A stretch of DNA of 64,000 nucleotides from a virus (IMGVR_UViG_3300025715_000009:96001-160000); one strand, 5' to 3'. Counted from the stretch's first letter, positions 28,753 through 39,113 are shown. Program-made: numbers and translations. Notes: generated by a model from the sequence alone, not told the origin.

Positions 28753-29616
28753 TTATTTAACTTTAATCCAAACTCTACCATTAACTTTTAAACTATTCCA
28801 CTCCTCTTTTTCTTTTCTTGCATAAAATCCAATTACACGATCATAAAAGAATATTTTCTCATACCATCTTGCCTTTGTTAATTTTCCATTTTTATCATTA
28901 ATTAAAGCAGTTCCTGGTTTATAATCTTTATCAACATGTGCTAAAACCCATCCTGATACTGCCATTGGAATTTGATGTTTGTTTGAATCTTGACCAACAC
29001 TTATACCAAAAGTATCAGAACAAACACCAACCACGCCTCTTTGTCTTCTTTTAAAACATTTTTTTATACCTGAACCAGTTTCATAATAACAATAACCTGG
29101 GATATAAATATCTTCTAATAGTGGTTGATAATCTGCAAAGTCATTCCACACAGCATTATATACTCTTGTAGCATAAAAATACCCATCATAATTAATTCTT
29201 GTGCTATTTGTAGGATTAGATGTTCCAGAATAAAATTCACCGTCAGCAGCGCTTGATTTAAGAGTTAATATTTTTGCCAAACTGCCTTTTATTCCTGCTT
29301 TCCAAATATCATTAGTATCATCCCAATAAAGTTGGGCATCATTTTCACCTTCATTAGTTGACCACACTCTTCTTACATTGTATGCTCCATCACTATTAGT
29401 TGCAGGAGTAGTTACCTTAACAGTATAATTATCAATAGATGTGCTATTTCCACCACTTAAAGATATATTAGTTATCCAACCACTAGATTGAGATATTTTA
29501 GATTGATCAATAGCAGCATCTGATGCAATATCAGCATTTGTTATTGATCCATCTTTTATATCTACACCCTCTATTGTTCCATCTTGAACATCTCTTGAAC
29601 CATGAATTTTAGCCAT
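28753..29616 (-). CDS. Tail fibre/structural protein with C-terminal chaperone/peptidase-G2-like domain
   Basis: DGSITNADI, RVYNAVWNDFAD, GVCSDTFG, PMAVSGWV, RVWIKVK. Confidence 0.7.
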   Translation of the reverse strand: MAKIHGSRDVQDGTIEGVDIKDGSITNADIASDAAIDQSKISQSSGWITNISLSGGNSTSIDNYTVKVTTPATNSDGAYNVRRVWSTNEGENDAQLYWDDTNDIWKAGIKGSLAKILTLKSSAADGEFYSGTSNPTNSTRINYDGYFYATRVYNAVWNDFADYQPLLEDIYIPGYCYYETGSGIKKCFKRRQRGVVGVCSDTFGISVGQDSNKHQIPMAVSGWVLAHVDKDYKPGTALINDKNGKLTKARWYEKIFFYDRVIGFYARKEKEEWNSLKVNGRVWIKVK

Positions 29617-29627
29617 ATATCCTCTCT

Positions 29628-29909
29628 TTAAAATAATTGTTCAAAAATACTTTTTTTTGCTTCATCAAATGATTCATATATGTGTTTTGGTTTAACAAAC
29701 CAAAAAGAATGATTATCAGTAGGATCTAATTTTTTATTTTTTATAATTTCTTTACTTGCAGAAAAATATGAATAATAAATATAAATCATACCAACTCTTA
29801 TTTTTATTGCATAAGGATCATTTATATAATTAATATAATGTTTTTCTGTAGATCCAAAAATAATTTCAAATTCATCATCAATTTTAGTTACTTCACATAT
29901 ATAAACCAT
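29628..29909 (-). CDS. Small hypothetical protein, C-terminal IFEQLF tag
   Basis: ORF. Confidence 0.65.
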   Translation of the reverse strand: MVYICEVTKIDDEFEIIFGSTEKHYINYINDPYAIKIRVGMIYIYYSYFSASKEIIKNKKLDPTDNHSFWFVKPKHIYESFDEAKKSIFEQLF

Positions 29910-29918
29910 TTATCCCTC

Positions 29919-30230
29919 TTATATTGGAAGTCTTGCAATCTCTCTTCCATTATCTGCTGTTATAACGACCTCTCCGCCTTTAACAGATATATCCATATAT
30001 TTAGGATCATTATAATGTAAAAACTGTAAATTCTGGCTAACTATTTTTCTAACTTTATCTTGTTGTAAGATATTAGCCAATCTATTATAAATAAAATTTT
30101 TAGATGATTTCAGATCATATATACTATATGGTCCTTTACCATCTATTGAAAATGATTTTTGTGCTCCATAATCAGTCATAAGACCTTTATTTACAATTTC
30201 TATTCCCTCTATTACTTTATCAAACTTCAT
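29919..30230 (-). CDS. Possible head-internal protein (MKFDKVIE leader)
   Basis: AGGAGG RBS before 30230. Confidence 0.6.
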   Translation of the reverse strand: MKFDKVIEGIEIVNKGLMTDYGAQKSFSIDGKGPYSIYDLKSSKNFIYNRLANILQQDKVRKIVSQNLQFLHYNDPKYMDISVKGGEVVITADNGREIARLPI

Positions 30231-30555
30231 ATTCCCTCCTATTTTCCTCCCACTCTGTTTCACTTGAAGGAACATCATACATTTTTATTGCCATATCCCA
30301 AGCATCTTTGCCATATTGTTTTATCATTAATTTTTTATATTTTACAAATGAAATACTGAAATATAAATCTATGTTTTTATATATGTGTTTAGCGCGTATT
30401 TCAAGTGGGTCCATAGGTGTTATAGCTCCACCAGAGTGAATTTGTGATGTCAATTTTCTATCATCTAAAGTTAACCATTGATCTATTTCTTTATCTGACC
30501 ACTTATTTTCTTTTTTCTTGAATAATTTTTCATCAAGAATTTTATCAAATTTCAT
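30220..30555 (-). CDS. Possible head-internal protein (MKFDKILDE leader)
   Basis: Leader shared with neighbour. Confidence 0.6.
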   Translation of the reverse strand: MKFDKILDEKLFKKKENKWSDKEIDQWLTLDDRKLTSQIHSGGAITPMDPLEIRAKHIYKNIDLYFSISFVKYKKLMIKQYGKDAWDMAIKMYDVPSSETEWEENRREYEV

Positions 30556-30857
30556 TAATACCCCCTAAAAACCGGAAAACCAGGTCTACTATAATCAATT
30601 TTTAATCTGAATTTATTTGTTAAAAAAATAGTTTTATCTTTACCATTATGTTTTTTACTAAGATCTATGTTTAACATATTATCTTCTTTTCTTATTAATA
30701 TATAGTCTGCACCTGGAACATCAATTAAAAAATCATCTTCTATATCATAAGCATCTCCACCTAAGGATATATCTTCAAATACGCCTTGAAGAATATATCT
30801 GTTTAAAGTAGAAGATGAGTTTATAATATCTTTTAAAAAACCTATTTGTGTTGCCAT
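30555..30857 (-). CDS. Hypothetical protein
   Basis: Coupled ORF. Confidence 0.65.
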   Translation of the reverse strand: MATQIGFLKDIINSSSTLNRYILQGVFEDISLGGDAYDIEDDFLIDVPGADYILIRKEDNMLNIDLSKKHNGKDKTIFLTNKFRLKIDYSRPGFPVFRGY

Positions 30858-31132
30858 TATTCCTTCTTAAAAATAAATTTTACTATTATTCTTTTTTCCA
30901 TTCCTTCAACTAAAGAAAATCCTTCAACTGAATAATCTCGTGAACTAACGACAAAAGTTATTTGGTCAAATAATTTTTTCATAAGAATAGCATCTGCATT
31001 TTCATCTGTATATACTACTTTTCCACCTACTTTTTCTTTATATCCTTGTTTTATATCTAATACGAGATAAAGATTAAGATTGGCTAATGATGTTCCATGC
31101 CTATAAACTTGACCAATTTGAAATTTACTCAT
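30857..31132 (-). CDS. SH3-like small protein, C-terminal IIVKFIF tag
   Basis: KFQIGQVY start. Confidence 0.65.
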   Translation of the reverse strand: MSKFQIGQVYRHGTSLANLNLYLVLDIKQGYKEKVGGKVVYTDENADAILMKKLFDQITFVVSSRDYSVEGFSLVEGMEKRIIVKFIFKKE

Positions 31133-32867
31133 TTATTTTTTTATCTATTTTTTCCATTATAGAATCTACACTTACTTTTTCTAGTAAAACTTCATTAAGT
31201 GTTTTTGTTTCTTCTTCATTAGAAATTCTACCACCAACAGTAAGTGAACTTTGATTCCAAGAATATTGATTATTAAATGTAAACCAAACATCTTTATAAC
31301 AATTATTATATCCGCCATTTTTTGCCAATGGTTTTTTTAAAATTGGTGTTTTACTATCTTCATAATAACAATTATGAACTAAATTCCCATTAACAAAATA
31401 ATTATTAAATGGTTCACAATGCATATTCCAAACAGTTGTTCCATTTTTATATTTTGAAGAATTCATTGCATTTATTGGTGTAATTTTTTTTATTTTATTT
31501 CCATTCATTATAAATTGATTAATTTCTTTTATGTCATTTGGTTCTATAATATTATTATAATGATTATCATATAAAACGAATAAGGTTTTAAAACCTTTTT
31601 CTTCAAATATTTCTTTTCTTTCTTTTTTATATTCTTCCCAATTTCTTAAATTATTCATCCATTCACATGAAACTTCAATTAATTTATTTTCATCTTTTAC
31701 TTTAAAATCTGGATTTTTTGATCCTAATTTAGTTCTAATCCAAAATTTAGCATTACCAAAAAAATCTACTGGTAAATTATTATATTTGCAATATTCAATA
31801 AATTTCTTTTCAGCTCCAGAAACATGATTATTTTCTCTATTCCCATAATTTTTCTCTACTATTTCTGGTCTTTTCATACAATTGTTTTCTGATAATTTTT
31901 TTCTTACATCTTCTCGCGTCCAAATATTGTTTAATTTTTGTCTAATTGATAATTTTTCATATGTCCCATTTTCTTTTAATGTTTGAGTAGTTTTTATATG
32001 AGCTATCTTTCTCCAAAGATCAGATCTATGATCATGTAACATATGATATAATACACCTGGCTTAATATAATATGGCTCATCACCAACAACTAATTCGTCC
32101 GTTTTTTTCCATTTTCCTTTGACATAAAAAGGATGTTCTCCTGTAGCATATAGTGGATCACCATTTTCAAATTCTATTTTAAAAATATTAGTTGCATATC
32201 TATTTCCTAATTTTTTAATTTGTGTCAATGCTGGTTTTTGATTTTCTTCATCATAACCAATTACCCAATCACCATCTTTTAATTTAGATATTCTTTTACT
32301 TCCATTAGGAGTTTGAATTAATGTTCTTTTATTATCTACAATACACCAATCACATACTCTCCAATCTCCATCACTTGCTAAATAGATATTGTATGCATGT
32401 CCACCTTGAGGAGCAGTTGGTGATGCTTGAACATAACCAGCAGCAACTTTTGTTCTCCAGGTAGGAACACCTGCTGCTACACATAAGGATGTAATTAATA
32501 TAGCTCCATCTTCACAATCACCATGTTGAGATTGTAATGTCTCAAATGGAAATTGCCAAAATTCTGGTGTTTGATTTAAATCATCATCATACTTATATGT
32601 TAAAAATTTTACTACCCATTTTTGGACTTCCCAAGCAGTATCATCTGGATTAGATTTTTGTAGTTTGTATTTTTTTACTATTTCATTTAATATTTCATCA
32701 TTGGTAGAAATAAAGTTTTTTACATCTACATTTATTCTATCTTTTTTACCTCTTAATGCTCTACCTGAATAGATAATTGGTGCTTTTGGCCATTTATTGT
32801 TATAATGCTCTTCATTTAATAATCCCATTTTCTTTATCTCCTTTTTCTTAAATAAATTAAAAAACAT
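31125..32867 (-). CDS. Transglutaminase-like cysteine protease, intein-interrupted
   Basis: WQFPFETL..GDCED, GHAY, DW catalytic triad. Confidence 0.85.
   Translation of the reverse strand: MFFNLFKKKEIKKMGLLNEEHYNNKWPKAPIIYSGRALRGKKDRINVDVKNFISTNDEILNEIVKKYKLQKSNPDDTAWEVQKWVVKFLTYKYDDDLNQTPEFWQFPFETLQSQHGDCEDGAILITSLCVAAGVPTWRTKVAAGYVQASPTAPQGGHAYNIYLASDGDWRVCDWCIVDNKRTLIQTPNGSKRISKLKDGDWVIGYDEENQKPALTQIKKLGNRYATNIFKIEFENGDPLYATGEHPFYVKGKWKKTDELVVGDEPYYIKPGVLYHMLHDHRSDLWRKIAHIKTTQTLKENGTYEKLSIRQKLNNIWTREDVRKKLSENNCMKRPEIVEKNYGNRENNHVSGAEKKFIEYCKYNNLPVDFFGNAKFWIRTKLGSKNPDFKVKDENKLIEVSCEWMNNLRNWEEYKKERKEIFEEKGFKTLFVLYDNHYNNIIEPNDIKEINQFIMNGNKIKKITPINAMNSSKYKNGTTVWNMHCEPFNNYFVNGNLVHNCYYEDSKTPILKKPLAKNGGYNNCYKDVWFTFNNQYSWNQSSLTVGGRISNEEETKTLNEVLLEKVSVDSIMEKIDKKINE
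31371..32345 (-). mobile_element. Intein (325 aa) with PD-(D/E)xK/Vsr-like endonuclease
   Basis: CIVDNK start, ATGEHPF block B, NPDF..LIEV, NYFVNGNLVHN|C end. Confidence 0.9.
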
Positions 32868-32869
32868 AA

Positions 32870-33193
32870 TTATTTTACTCCTTTAGGAGGATATTTTTTG
32901 TTTTTTCTAAAATCAAAAATACATGCTATCATTCTATGTCTTGTTAAATCTACTTTTGCCCACTCTTTTTTTAATAATTTTAATTTTTCATTATTAATAG
33001 AACATATATTACCAGTCCCTATATCTGTATATATTCTTTGTAGATTTTCATAATCTTGATATATATGAAGAACTGTTGTATTATTTACATTTTTAAAAAA
33101 TCGTCCTAAATTCCAATAAGTTTTACCTACTTTCAAATAAATAATTTCATTATCTTGAGTAAATGCATTTTCTGTAAAAACAAAATCATTCAT
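32870..33193 (-). CDS. Hypothetical protein, C-terminal MIACIF tag
   Basis: AAGATAAT ends 3 nt before the ATG. Confidence 0.65.
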   Translation of the reverse strand: MNDFVFTENAFTQDNEIIYLKVGKTYWNLGRFFKNVNNTTVLHIYQDYENLQRIYTDIGTGNICSINNEKLKLLKKEWAKVDLTRHRMIACIFDFRKNKKYPPKGVK

Positions 33194-33263
33194 ATTATTA
33201 TCTTAAGCATATTTATATAGAAAGTTATAAAGATAATTAAAATTACAATTGGGAGTATTATGA

Positions 33264-34133
33264 TTGAATTTATTTAAAAAACTGTTCTTATCAAAACCTA
33301 TTTTTACTGTAGTTTTAACTACTATTTTATTTATTGCTATTACAGCATCTACTATTATGGTAGGAAATGTTATTATAGAAGGCAGACATAAAGCTGAAAT
33401 AGTATCTTTAAATGCTATTATTAACACTCTAGAAATTGAAAAAGAACAATATCATGAACAGATCATCAGTTTTATAAAAAAACAATCTGAAATTAGATCT
33501 TATATTAATGAATTAGTTGCATTATTATATGCTCGAGAATCTTCTCTTGGCGAAGGTGTTGGTGGTTCTGGTGAAACTTTTGCCATCAATGAACAAACTC
33601 CACTATTTCAATTAAAACAAGCAATCAATGAACTAAATGACGATGAACAAGCTATGAAAATGGTGAGAGACTATTTAGTAAGTAGAAGAAATTTCGCTGA
33701 ATCTTTCCCATTTATTTGGCCAGTAAAAGGCGGAGTTCCTAGAATTTCATCTGGGTATGGTGTAAGATCAAACGAAGAAGTTGGATCAGTTTTAGGTCGC
33801 CCAAAACAAGGAATTCACTTTCATGCTGGCATAGACATCCCAGGTAAATTAGCAGATCCAATTTTGGCAACAGCTGATGGTAGAGTTGCTTGGATTGATT
33901 TAAATAATAAGGTGTATGGCAATGTTGTTGTAATTCAACATAATTATGGATTTCAAACACTATATGGGCATTGTAATAAAGTAATTGTAAAATCAGGGCA
34001 ATATATTAAACGTGGAGATATAATTGCTTATATGGGGAATACGGGTGCATCATATGGTGTTCACTTACACTATGAAATAAAGAAAGATGGTTATCATATT
34101 GATCCTATGGATCTATTGGGTCTTAATATGTAA
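33264..34133 (+). CDS. M23 metallopeptidase with N-terminal membrane anchor and coiled coil
   Basis: HAGID, YGH, HLHYE motifs. Confidence 0.92.
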   Translation: MNLFKKLFLSKPIFTVVLTTILFIAITASTIMVGNVIIEGRHKAEIVSLNAIINTLEIEKEQYHEQIISFIKKQSEIRSYINELVALLYARESSLGEGVGGSGETFAINEQTPLFQLKQAINELNDDEQAMKMVRDYLVSRRNFAESFPFIWPVKGGVPRISSGYGVRSNEEVGSVLGRPKQGIHFHAGIDIPGKLADPILATADGRVAWIDLNNKVYGNVVVIQHNYGFQTLYGHCNKVIVKSGQYIKRGDIIAYMGNTGASYGVHLHYEIKKDGYHIDPMDLLGLNM

Positions 34134-34162
34134 TTTAAGGTAATATAATATAAGGAGAAAAC

Positions 34163-35029
34163 ATGGCACAAATTAATGGAAATGGTAAAAAAGATGATGT
34201 TGAAAAAACAGATTTAGCAGAAGCTATCTTGGCAAAATTAGGTCAATTTGATAATCCACCAAAACCACCAAAATGGTCAATTACAACTTTTTCTGTAGTG
34301 GTTTCAGTTTTTGTTCTTGTTTTATTATCTACGACATTCTTTTTTATTAAAACAATGAACAATATGAATGCTACGTATATTCAAAAAACAGAACAAATTA
34401 TTATTGGTAGAGAAAATATTGAAATGGCCAACTCATGGGAGAGAATGCCAGCACAGCAAAGAAAAGAAATGTTAAGATCTCAATATTTTAAAATTATTAG
34501 ATATTACACTGAAGGTGTGCCAGAAGAGCAGAGAATGAATGATGATCTGTTATTAGAATCTTTTAATAGTATTTGGTTGGCATCAGAAAGAGTTAATCAA
34601 AATTTCTTTTTGTCTTTGGCTTATATGAAAGTAGCTACTAATTTTAATCCAATTTATAATGTTGAATATAAAAGAGGAATTGGTGGATTTTATCTAAGAA
34701 CCTATGAACAAATTGCAAATCTTCCACTTGTTAGAACAGATCCTGTTTTCCAAGTAGTTTATAAAGGATCAGAAACTGCAAATAATCCAGTTTTTGCTAT
34801 GAAGTTAGTTGTAGCAAGAATTTATGATTTAATGACTACGTTTAATAATCGAGCAGATTGGGTATTATTATCTATGTTTACAAATGAATATGATGTAATC
34901 AATAAATATTGGGCAAATGGTGAAGGATCTATACCAGATGAATTTTATAAGACTGGTCAATTAGCTGAAGCTTTAAGATATTATCATGCATTTAGCAATT
35001 GGGAAATTCCAAAATCAAGAAAATTATAA
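34163..35029 (+). CDS. Membrane-anchored SLT/lytic-transglycosylase-like protein, apparently degenerate
   Basis: TM helix; LAYMKVATNFNP resembles the SLT motif A..ES.FNP but has no Glu. Confidence 0.45.
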   Translation: MAQINGNGKKDDVEKTDLAEAILAKLGQFDNPPKPPKWSITTFSVVVSVFVLVLLSTTFFFIKTMNNMNATYIQKTEQIIIGRENIEMANSWERMPAQQRKEMLRSQYFKIIRYYTEGVPEEQRMNDDLLLESFNSIWLASERVNQNFFLSLAYMKVATNFNPIYNVEYKRGIGGFYLRTYEQIANLPLVRTDPVFQVVYKGSETANNPVFAMKLVVARIYDLMTTFNNRADWVLLSMFTNEYDVINKYWANGEGSIPDEFYKTGQLAEALRYYHAFSNWEIPKSRKL

Positions 35030-35060
35030 AAAATATGGGGCGTTGAACGCCCCATATTTT
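35029..35060. terminator. Bidirectional terminator between convergent genes
   Basis: aaaaatatggggcg-ttgaa-cgccccatattttt. Confidence 0.85.
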
Positions 35061-35457
35061 ATCCATATTGCTTTCTATATTTTTCTGCAATATCTATCAT
35101 CGGGTTAGTATCACCACCCTTTCTTTCATCATATTCACCTAAATTAATATTTACATTCATACCATCTTTATTAGGATTAATTAATTTAGCCTTGATTTTC
35201 AATAATTCTATTTTTTGATCTGTTCCTTTCATTTTTAATTCTAGAGCTTTTGCCATAGCTTCTCGGGTAGCTGGATTTTTATCACCGTCTATATCACACA
35301 AATCTCTCATAAAGTCGTATAATTCATCTCCCTTATCCCTATCATCTTCAACAGACTTAATAACATCTGCAGCTAGTTCATTCATTTGTTGAATCTGTTG
35401 TTTGTGTAAATCTATTAATGAGTTTTCTTTTGTTGTTATATCTTTTGATTCTTCCAT
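35059..35457 (-). CDS. Coiled-coil protein (possible small terminase-like)
   Basis: Helical ORF with NVNINL tail; function is a guess. Confidence 0.5.
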   Translation of the reverse strand: MEESKDITTKENSLIDLHKQQIQQMNELAADVIKSVEDDRDKGDELYDFMRDLCDIDGDKNPATREAMAKALELKMKGTDQKIELLKIKAKLINPNKDGMNVNINLGEYDERKGGDTNPMIDIAEKYRKQYG

Positions 35458-36407
35458 TATAAAACCCCACTATAATCTTTGATATTTAATAAAAATAAAA
35501 ATTCTTTTCCAACTGAGGCTGCATAATCATGTGCAGCCTTGTTTTTAGCATCTATTTTACCACTCTCCAAATCTTTTTTATACCACCCATGTGATGATTT
35601 TATTTCAATGATATATTTATTTGTTTCAAAATCTACGTAGTATATGTGGTTTTTATTATTCCACTGATAAGGAAGAGAAGGACCATCCCATATATCTATA
35701 TTATTTTTTTTACAATATTGAATAAATTGCAATTCTGGTTTTGTTTGATAATGTAAAGTATCGCAGATTGTTTTTAATGATACAGATTTACCATAATTTG
35801 ATTGTATTTGTTTGAATAGTTTAGTGTTTTGTATTGGATTTTCTACTCCATAGTTTTTAAAACATGTTTCTTTTTTCTTTTTCTTAATTTCATCTAATTG
35901 AGATACATTGCTAACTCCATACCTTTCTTTTACTGTTCTTATAGCCTTATTACGATTATTATCATATATTCCATTTTTATAAATTTTTTGTCTAATTTCA
36001 GGTCTCAACAAATTGGTTTCTACACCATAATTTTTTAACATTATTTGTTTAATTTTTTCTTTTATTTCTTCTAGTTGCGAAATATTTTCAACACCATATT
36101 TTTCCTTAACAGCTTTCTTTATTTGACTTATTGCATTAGTAGATCCATATTTTTTTTGTTTTGTGCGTGCAATATCACATTCTCTGCAATTTTGCATACT
36201 AGTAAAAAATTTTTTATTAAAAGCAAATTTCTCTTCTATTTCTTTTCCACATGTATCACAAATAAATATAATTTTATCACGTTGATTTAATTTAATTTGA
36301 TTATTTATTAACAGAGTTTGAAACATTTTATTTCTATATTTATTATCAATTATTTCTGAAGAAAAAACATTTATTTTTTCTTCATTTTTTATAATAAATT
36401 TTAGCAT
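35457..36407 (-). CDS. Free-standing endonuclease with KYGVEN repeats and PD-(D/E)xK domain
   Basis: Five K/NYGV-type repeats; C-terminal YQTKPEL..DFET.KYIIEIKSSH.WY shared with 2450..3418. Confidence 0.75.
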   Translation of the reverse strand: MLKFIIKNEEKINVFSSEIIDNKYRNKMFQTLLINNQIKLNQRDKIIFICDTCGKEIEEKFAFNKKFFTSMQNCRECDIARTKQKKYGSTNAISQIKKAVKEKYGVENISQLEEIKEKIKQIMLKNYGVETNLLRPEIRQKIYKNGIYDNNRNKAIRTVKERYGVSNVSQLDEIKKKKKETCFKNYGVENPIQNTKLFKQIQSNYGKSVSLKTICDTLHYQTKPELQFIQYCKKNNIDIWDGPSLPYQWNNKNHIYYVDFETNKYIIEIKSSHGWYKKDLESGKIDAKNKAAHDYAASVGKEFLFLLNIKDYSGVL

Positions 36408-36469
36408 TTCACATCCTTTATAAAATCATAATTATCTTATAGAAACGTATGTTTTAAATAATAATATTT

Positions 36470-36679
36470 TTAAAAAATAGCTCCATTTTCTTGATATAAC
36501 TTCTTTAGCGCTTTATAATGGGAATGTTTAATATTAAATGTCGAACACACATAATTAGCTGGCTGTTCTTGTTCAAACATTGTGTTTAACAACTCCCATT
36601 GATCATCAGTATATTTAGCAGATTTAAAGAATCTGGCCAATATTTTTCCAGAATTTAACATTCTTGGTAAGACCCTCAT
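36470..36679 (-). CDS. Small HTH-like protein
   Basis: KYTDDQWELL..VCSTFNI; start uncertain. Confidence 0.45.
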   Translation of the reverse strand: MRVLPRMLNSGKILARFFKSAKYTDDQWELLNTMFEQEQPANYVCSTFNIKHSHYKALKKLYQENGAIF

Positions 36680-37577
36680 TAATAATTAAATCTTGTTCTT
36701 CTGGCTTTAATTCTTCTTCAATCATATCATCTAATTTAATTTTATTTATAACGTCTTCCACACCTTTTAATGCTCCACGTTTAACAAAATTATCTGTTTT
36801 AAAAGATACTCCTGCATCTTCTAATGCTTGAATAACTCTTTTTTTAGCAGCTGGTGAATCATCAAAATCAAAATCTATGCTATCATTCTCACCTTGAAAA
36901 CGACTCATGAATTCTCCAAAAGCATCTGCTCCTCTTTTTACTTTAAAATCTGGTTTTGCATAACTTCCAACATTCATAATTGGCATCTTTACAGGAACAC
37001 CTATCTCTTTTGCTTTAGCTCTTGCTGTTGGACCTTGCCATGTTATCATACCAGTTGGTGGTCTTACTAAACCATAATATGCATCATTACCGACGGTTAA
37101 TTTTACTGGGAATGATTGCTCAAATTTAATTTTAAAAGTATTAACCCCAGTTTCTTTATATTCAGTAGATACTTCTAAATTAAATTTTTTAAATTCATCT
37201 GCAAGTTTATCAGCAACATCTTGAATCTTTTTCATTTCTGCTTCAGTGATTTCGTCTTTTGGCTTATTTAATAATTTTTCTACTTCTTTTATGGCTTTTT
37301 GTAAAGACGTTGGAACTTCAAATTTTACTTCATCTTCTTCAAATTCAGGATCATCAATTAATTCTGCTGGGCTTTTTTCTTTATATCTTTGCACATCATG
37401 AATTACAGATTTAAGTCCATCAAAATCAGAAATTTTATTTTCAAATTCTATAATTTTAGCAAGTCTTTCTGCCATTTTTTCTGCATCTTCTTTGCTTAAA
37501 ACAAATCCAGGAGTTGCTTCAAATCCTTCTTTTGCTTCAGCAATATCACTTAAAAAATCATCTATTGTTCTTTCCAT
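36624..37577 (-). CDS. Acidic hypothetical (possible virion/core) protein; likely start MERTIDDFL
   Basis: GGAGG RBS and AAGATAAT before 37577. Confidence 0.7.
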   Translation of the reverse strand: MERTIDDFLSDIAEAKEGFEATPGFVLSKEDAEKMAERLAKIIEFENKISDFDGLKSVIHDVQRYKEKSPAELIDDPEFEEDEVKFEVPTSLQKAIKEVEKLLNKPKDEITEAEMKKIQDVADKLADEFKKFNLEVSTEYKETGVNTFKIKFEQSFPVKLTVGNDAYYGLVRPPTGMITWQGPTARAKAKEIGVPVKMPIMNVGSYAKPDFKVKRGADAFGEFMSRFQGENDSIDFDFDDSPAAKKRVIQALEDAGVSFKTDNFVKRGALKGVEDVINKIKLDDMIEEELKPEEQDLIINEGLTKNVKFWKNIGQIL

Positions 37578-37650
37578 AATTTTCCTCCAGGTATAAATTC
37601 CTAGAATTATCTTTATTCTATTTGTTAAAAGATCTAATTTTATGTTAATT

Positions 37651-37676
37651 AAAACAGGCAATCTCATGATTGCCTG
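37651..37676 (-). terminator. Intrinsic terminator after sigma gene
   Basis: caggcaatc-atga-gattgcctg-tttt on the minus strand. Confidence 0.7.
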
Positions 37677-37681
37677 ATAAT

Positions 37682-38458
37682 TTATTCATTAGATGCTTTA
37701 TAAATTATACTAGTAGCTCCTGCATAAATATCTTCTTTATGTTCAAACATTATTTTTAAAAATTTGCGAATTAAATTTGGGCTCCAACCATAACTTTTAG
37801 CAAATCTAAAAAAATCTCGTTTGTTATATTCACCTATTTTTTCTAGATATTCTTGTAATATTTCTACTAATGGTATAAATTTTTTATATTTATTTATTTC
37901 AAAAACACGTTTCATATTGATTATTATTTCATTATGAATAAAATTTTGTGAAACATGATTACCATCACCATATGTCATCTCATGAGCATAGTCAGAAATA
38001 TCATAATTATCACGATGTTTTTTGTTTTTTATAGTATAAAACTTTAAACATCTTTTAGCTGTCAAAGAAAAATAATTAAAAGCAGTTGCTTTTTGACCAC
38101 TACTTGTAATAAAATTAGGATCAAATTTAGGTAAAGCTTTTAAACACGCTTCTGATGCTTCTTGATATAAATCATCATAGTTTTCCCAGGCAGTAAATCT
38201 ATGTGTAAAAATTATACCATTAATTATTTTACCTATTTCTTTAAATATCTTTTCTTTTAAAACTTCCATTTGCCACTTTTCTTGCCAATCTATTGTTTTT
38301 ATAAACCCCTCTTCACAGAATTCAACCCCTTTATCTTCAGCAGTTAATTTAGCATCTTTTCTTTTGGTATCTATTCTTTTATAATAATCCAAGTAATCCT
38401 GTATCCAACTTTCAACAACATCATTGTTGAAATAATTACTCACTAGACTCCTCATCAT
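37682..38458 (-). CDS. Phage sigma factor (sigma70 region 2, T4 gp55-like)
   Basis: YDDLYQEASEACLKALPKFDP..AFNYFS. Confidence 0.8.
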   Translation of the reverse strand: MMRSLVSNYFNNDVVESWIQDYLDYYKRIDTKRKDAKLTAEDKGVEFCEEGFIKTIDWQEKWQMEVLKEKIFKEIGKIINGIIFTHRFTAWENYDDLYQEASEACLKALPKFDPNFITSSGQKATAFNYFSLTAKRCLKFYTIKNKKHRDNYDISDYAHEMTYGDGNHVSQNFIHNEIIINMKRVFEINKYKKFIPLVEILQEYLEKIGEYNKRDFFRFAKSYGWSPNLIRKFLKIMFEHKEDIYAGATSIIYKASNE

Positions 38459-39113
38459 CTAATTCTTCACGTATTCTTGCAATGATATCATTGTAATATA
38501 TACGATCAAATGTAGATATTGCAGAATTTAGTGGATCTGGACTATCATTAAATGGCATAGAACCATTAGCTGTAACTACTTCTGCTGTTTCAATTGCTGA
38601 TTCACCTTCTCCATCTCTTCTCCAAGTTAATTCAACTTTTTCATTCCCAGCACCTGATGTAATAAATTCTTTAACTATAAGCTTAAATTTATTAAATTCT
38701 GGTTTTTCTTCAATCTTTTCTGGAGCTTCTGTAGGCTGTTCTAATTCTGTGGGTTCCTGAGCTTTTTTAGTAATTTGGTCTAGATCATAACCAAATTGTT
38801 TTAGAATTGCTTGAAAATTGAGTGGCAAATTATCAGCAAATTCTTCTTTATTAAATCGTTTTAATTTTTTTTCTTCATTGATATGAAGGGCCATTTTTAA
38901 TATGGTGTCTTCTTCTTCAGTTTTTTCTTTTTCAGGTGAAAGATCATCTTGATCATCTTTTTCTTTTGCTTTTTCAGTATCAACAACTGATTTATCAGCT
39001 TCAAAAATAGAAGAAATATTTACTGGCTTATCTTCAATAACCTTTTTTTTCTTTTTAGGTTTCCTGTTTTCTAAACACTCATCTATGAAGTCTTCCATAG
39101 TGATATCAGGCAT
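38436..39113 (-). CDS. Acidic hypothetical protein
   Basis: ORF. Confidence 0.7.
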   Translation of the reverse strand: MPDITMEDFIDECLENRKPKKKKKVIEDKPVNISSIFEADKSVVDTEKAKEKDDQDDLSPEKEKTEEEDTILKMALHINEEKKLKRFNKEEFADNLPLNFQAILKQFGYDLDQITKKAQEPTELEQPTEAPEKIEEKPEFNKFKLIVKEFITSGAGNEKVELTWRRDGEGESAIETAEVVTANGSMPFNDSPDPLNSAISTFDRIYYNDIIARIREELDDEESSE

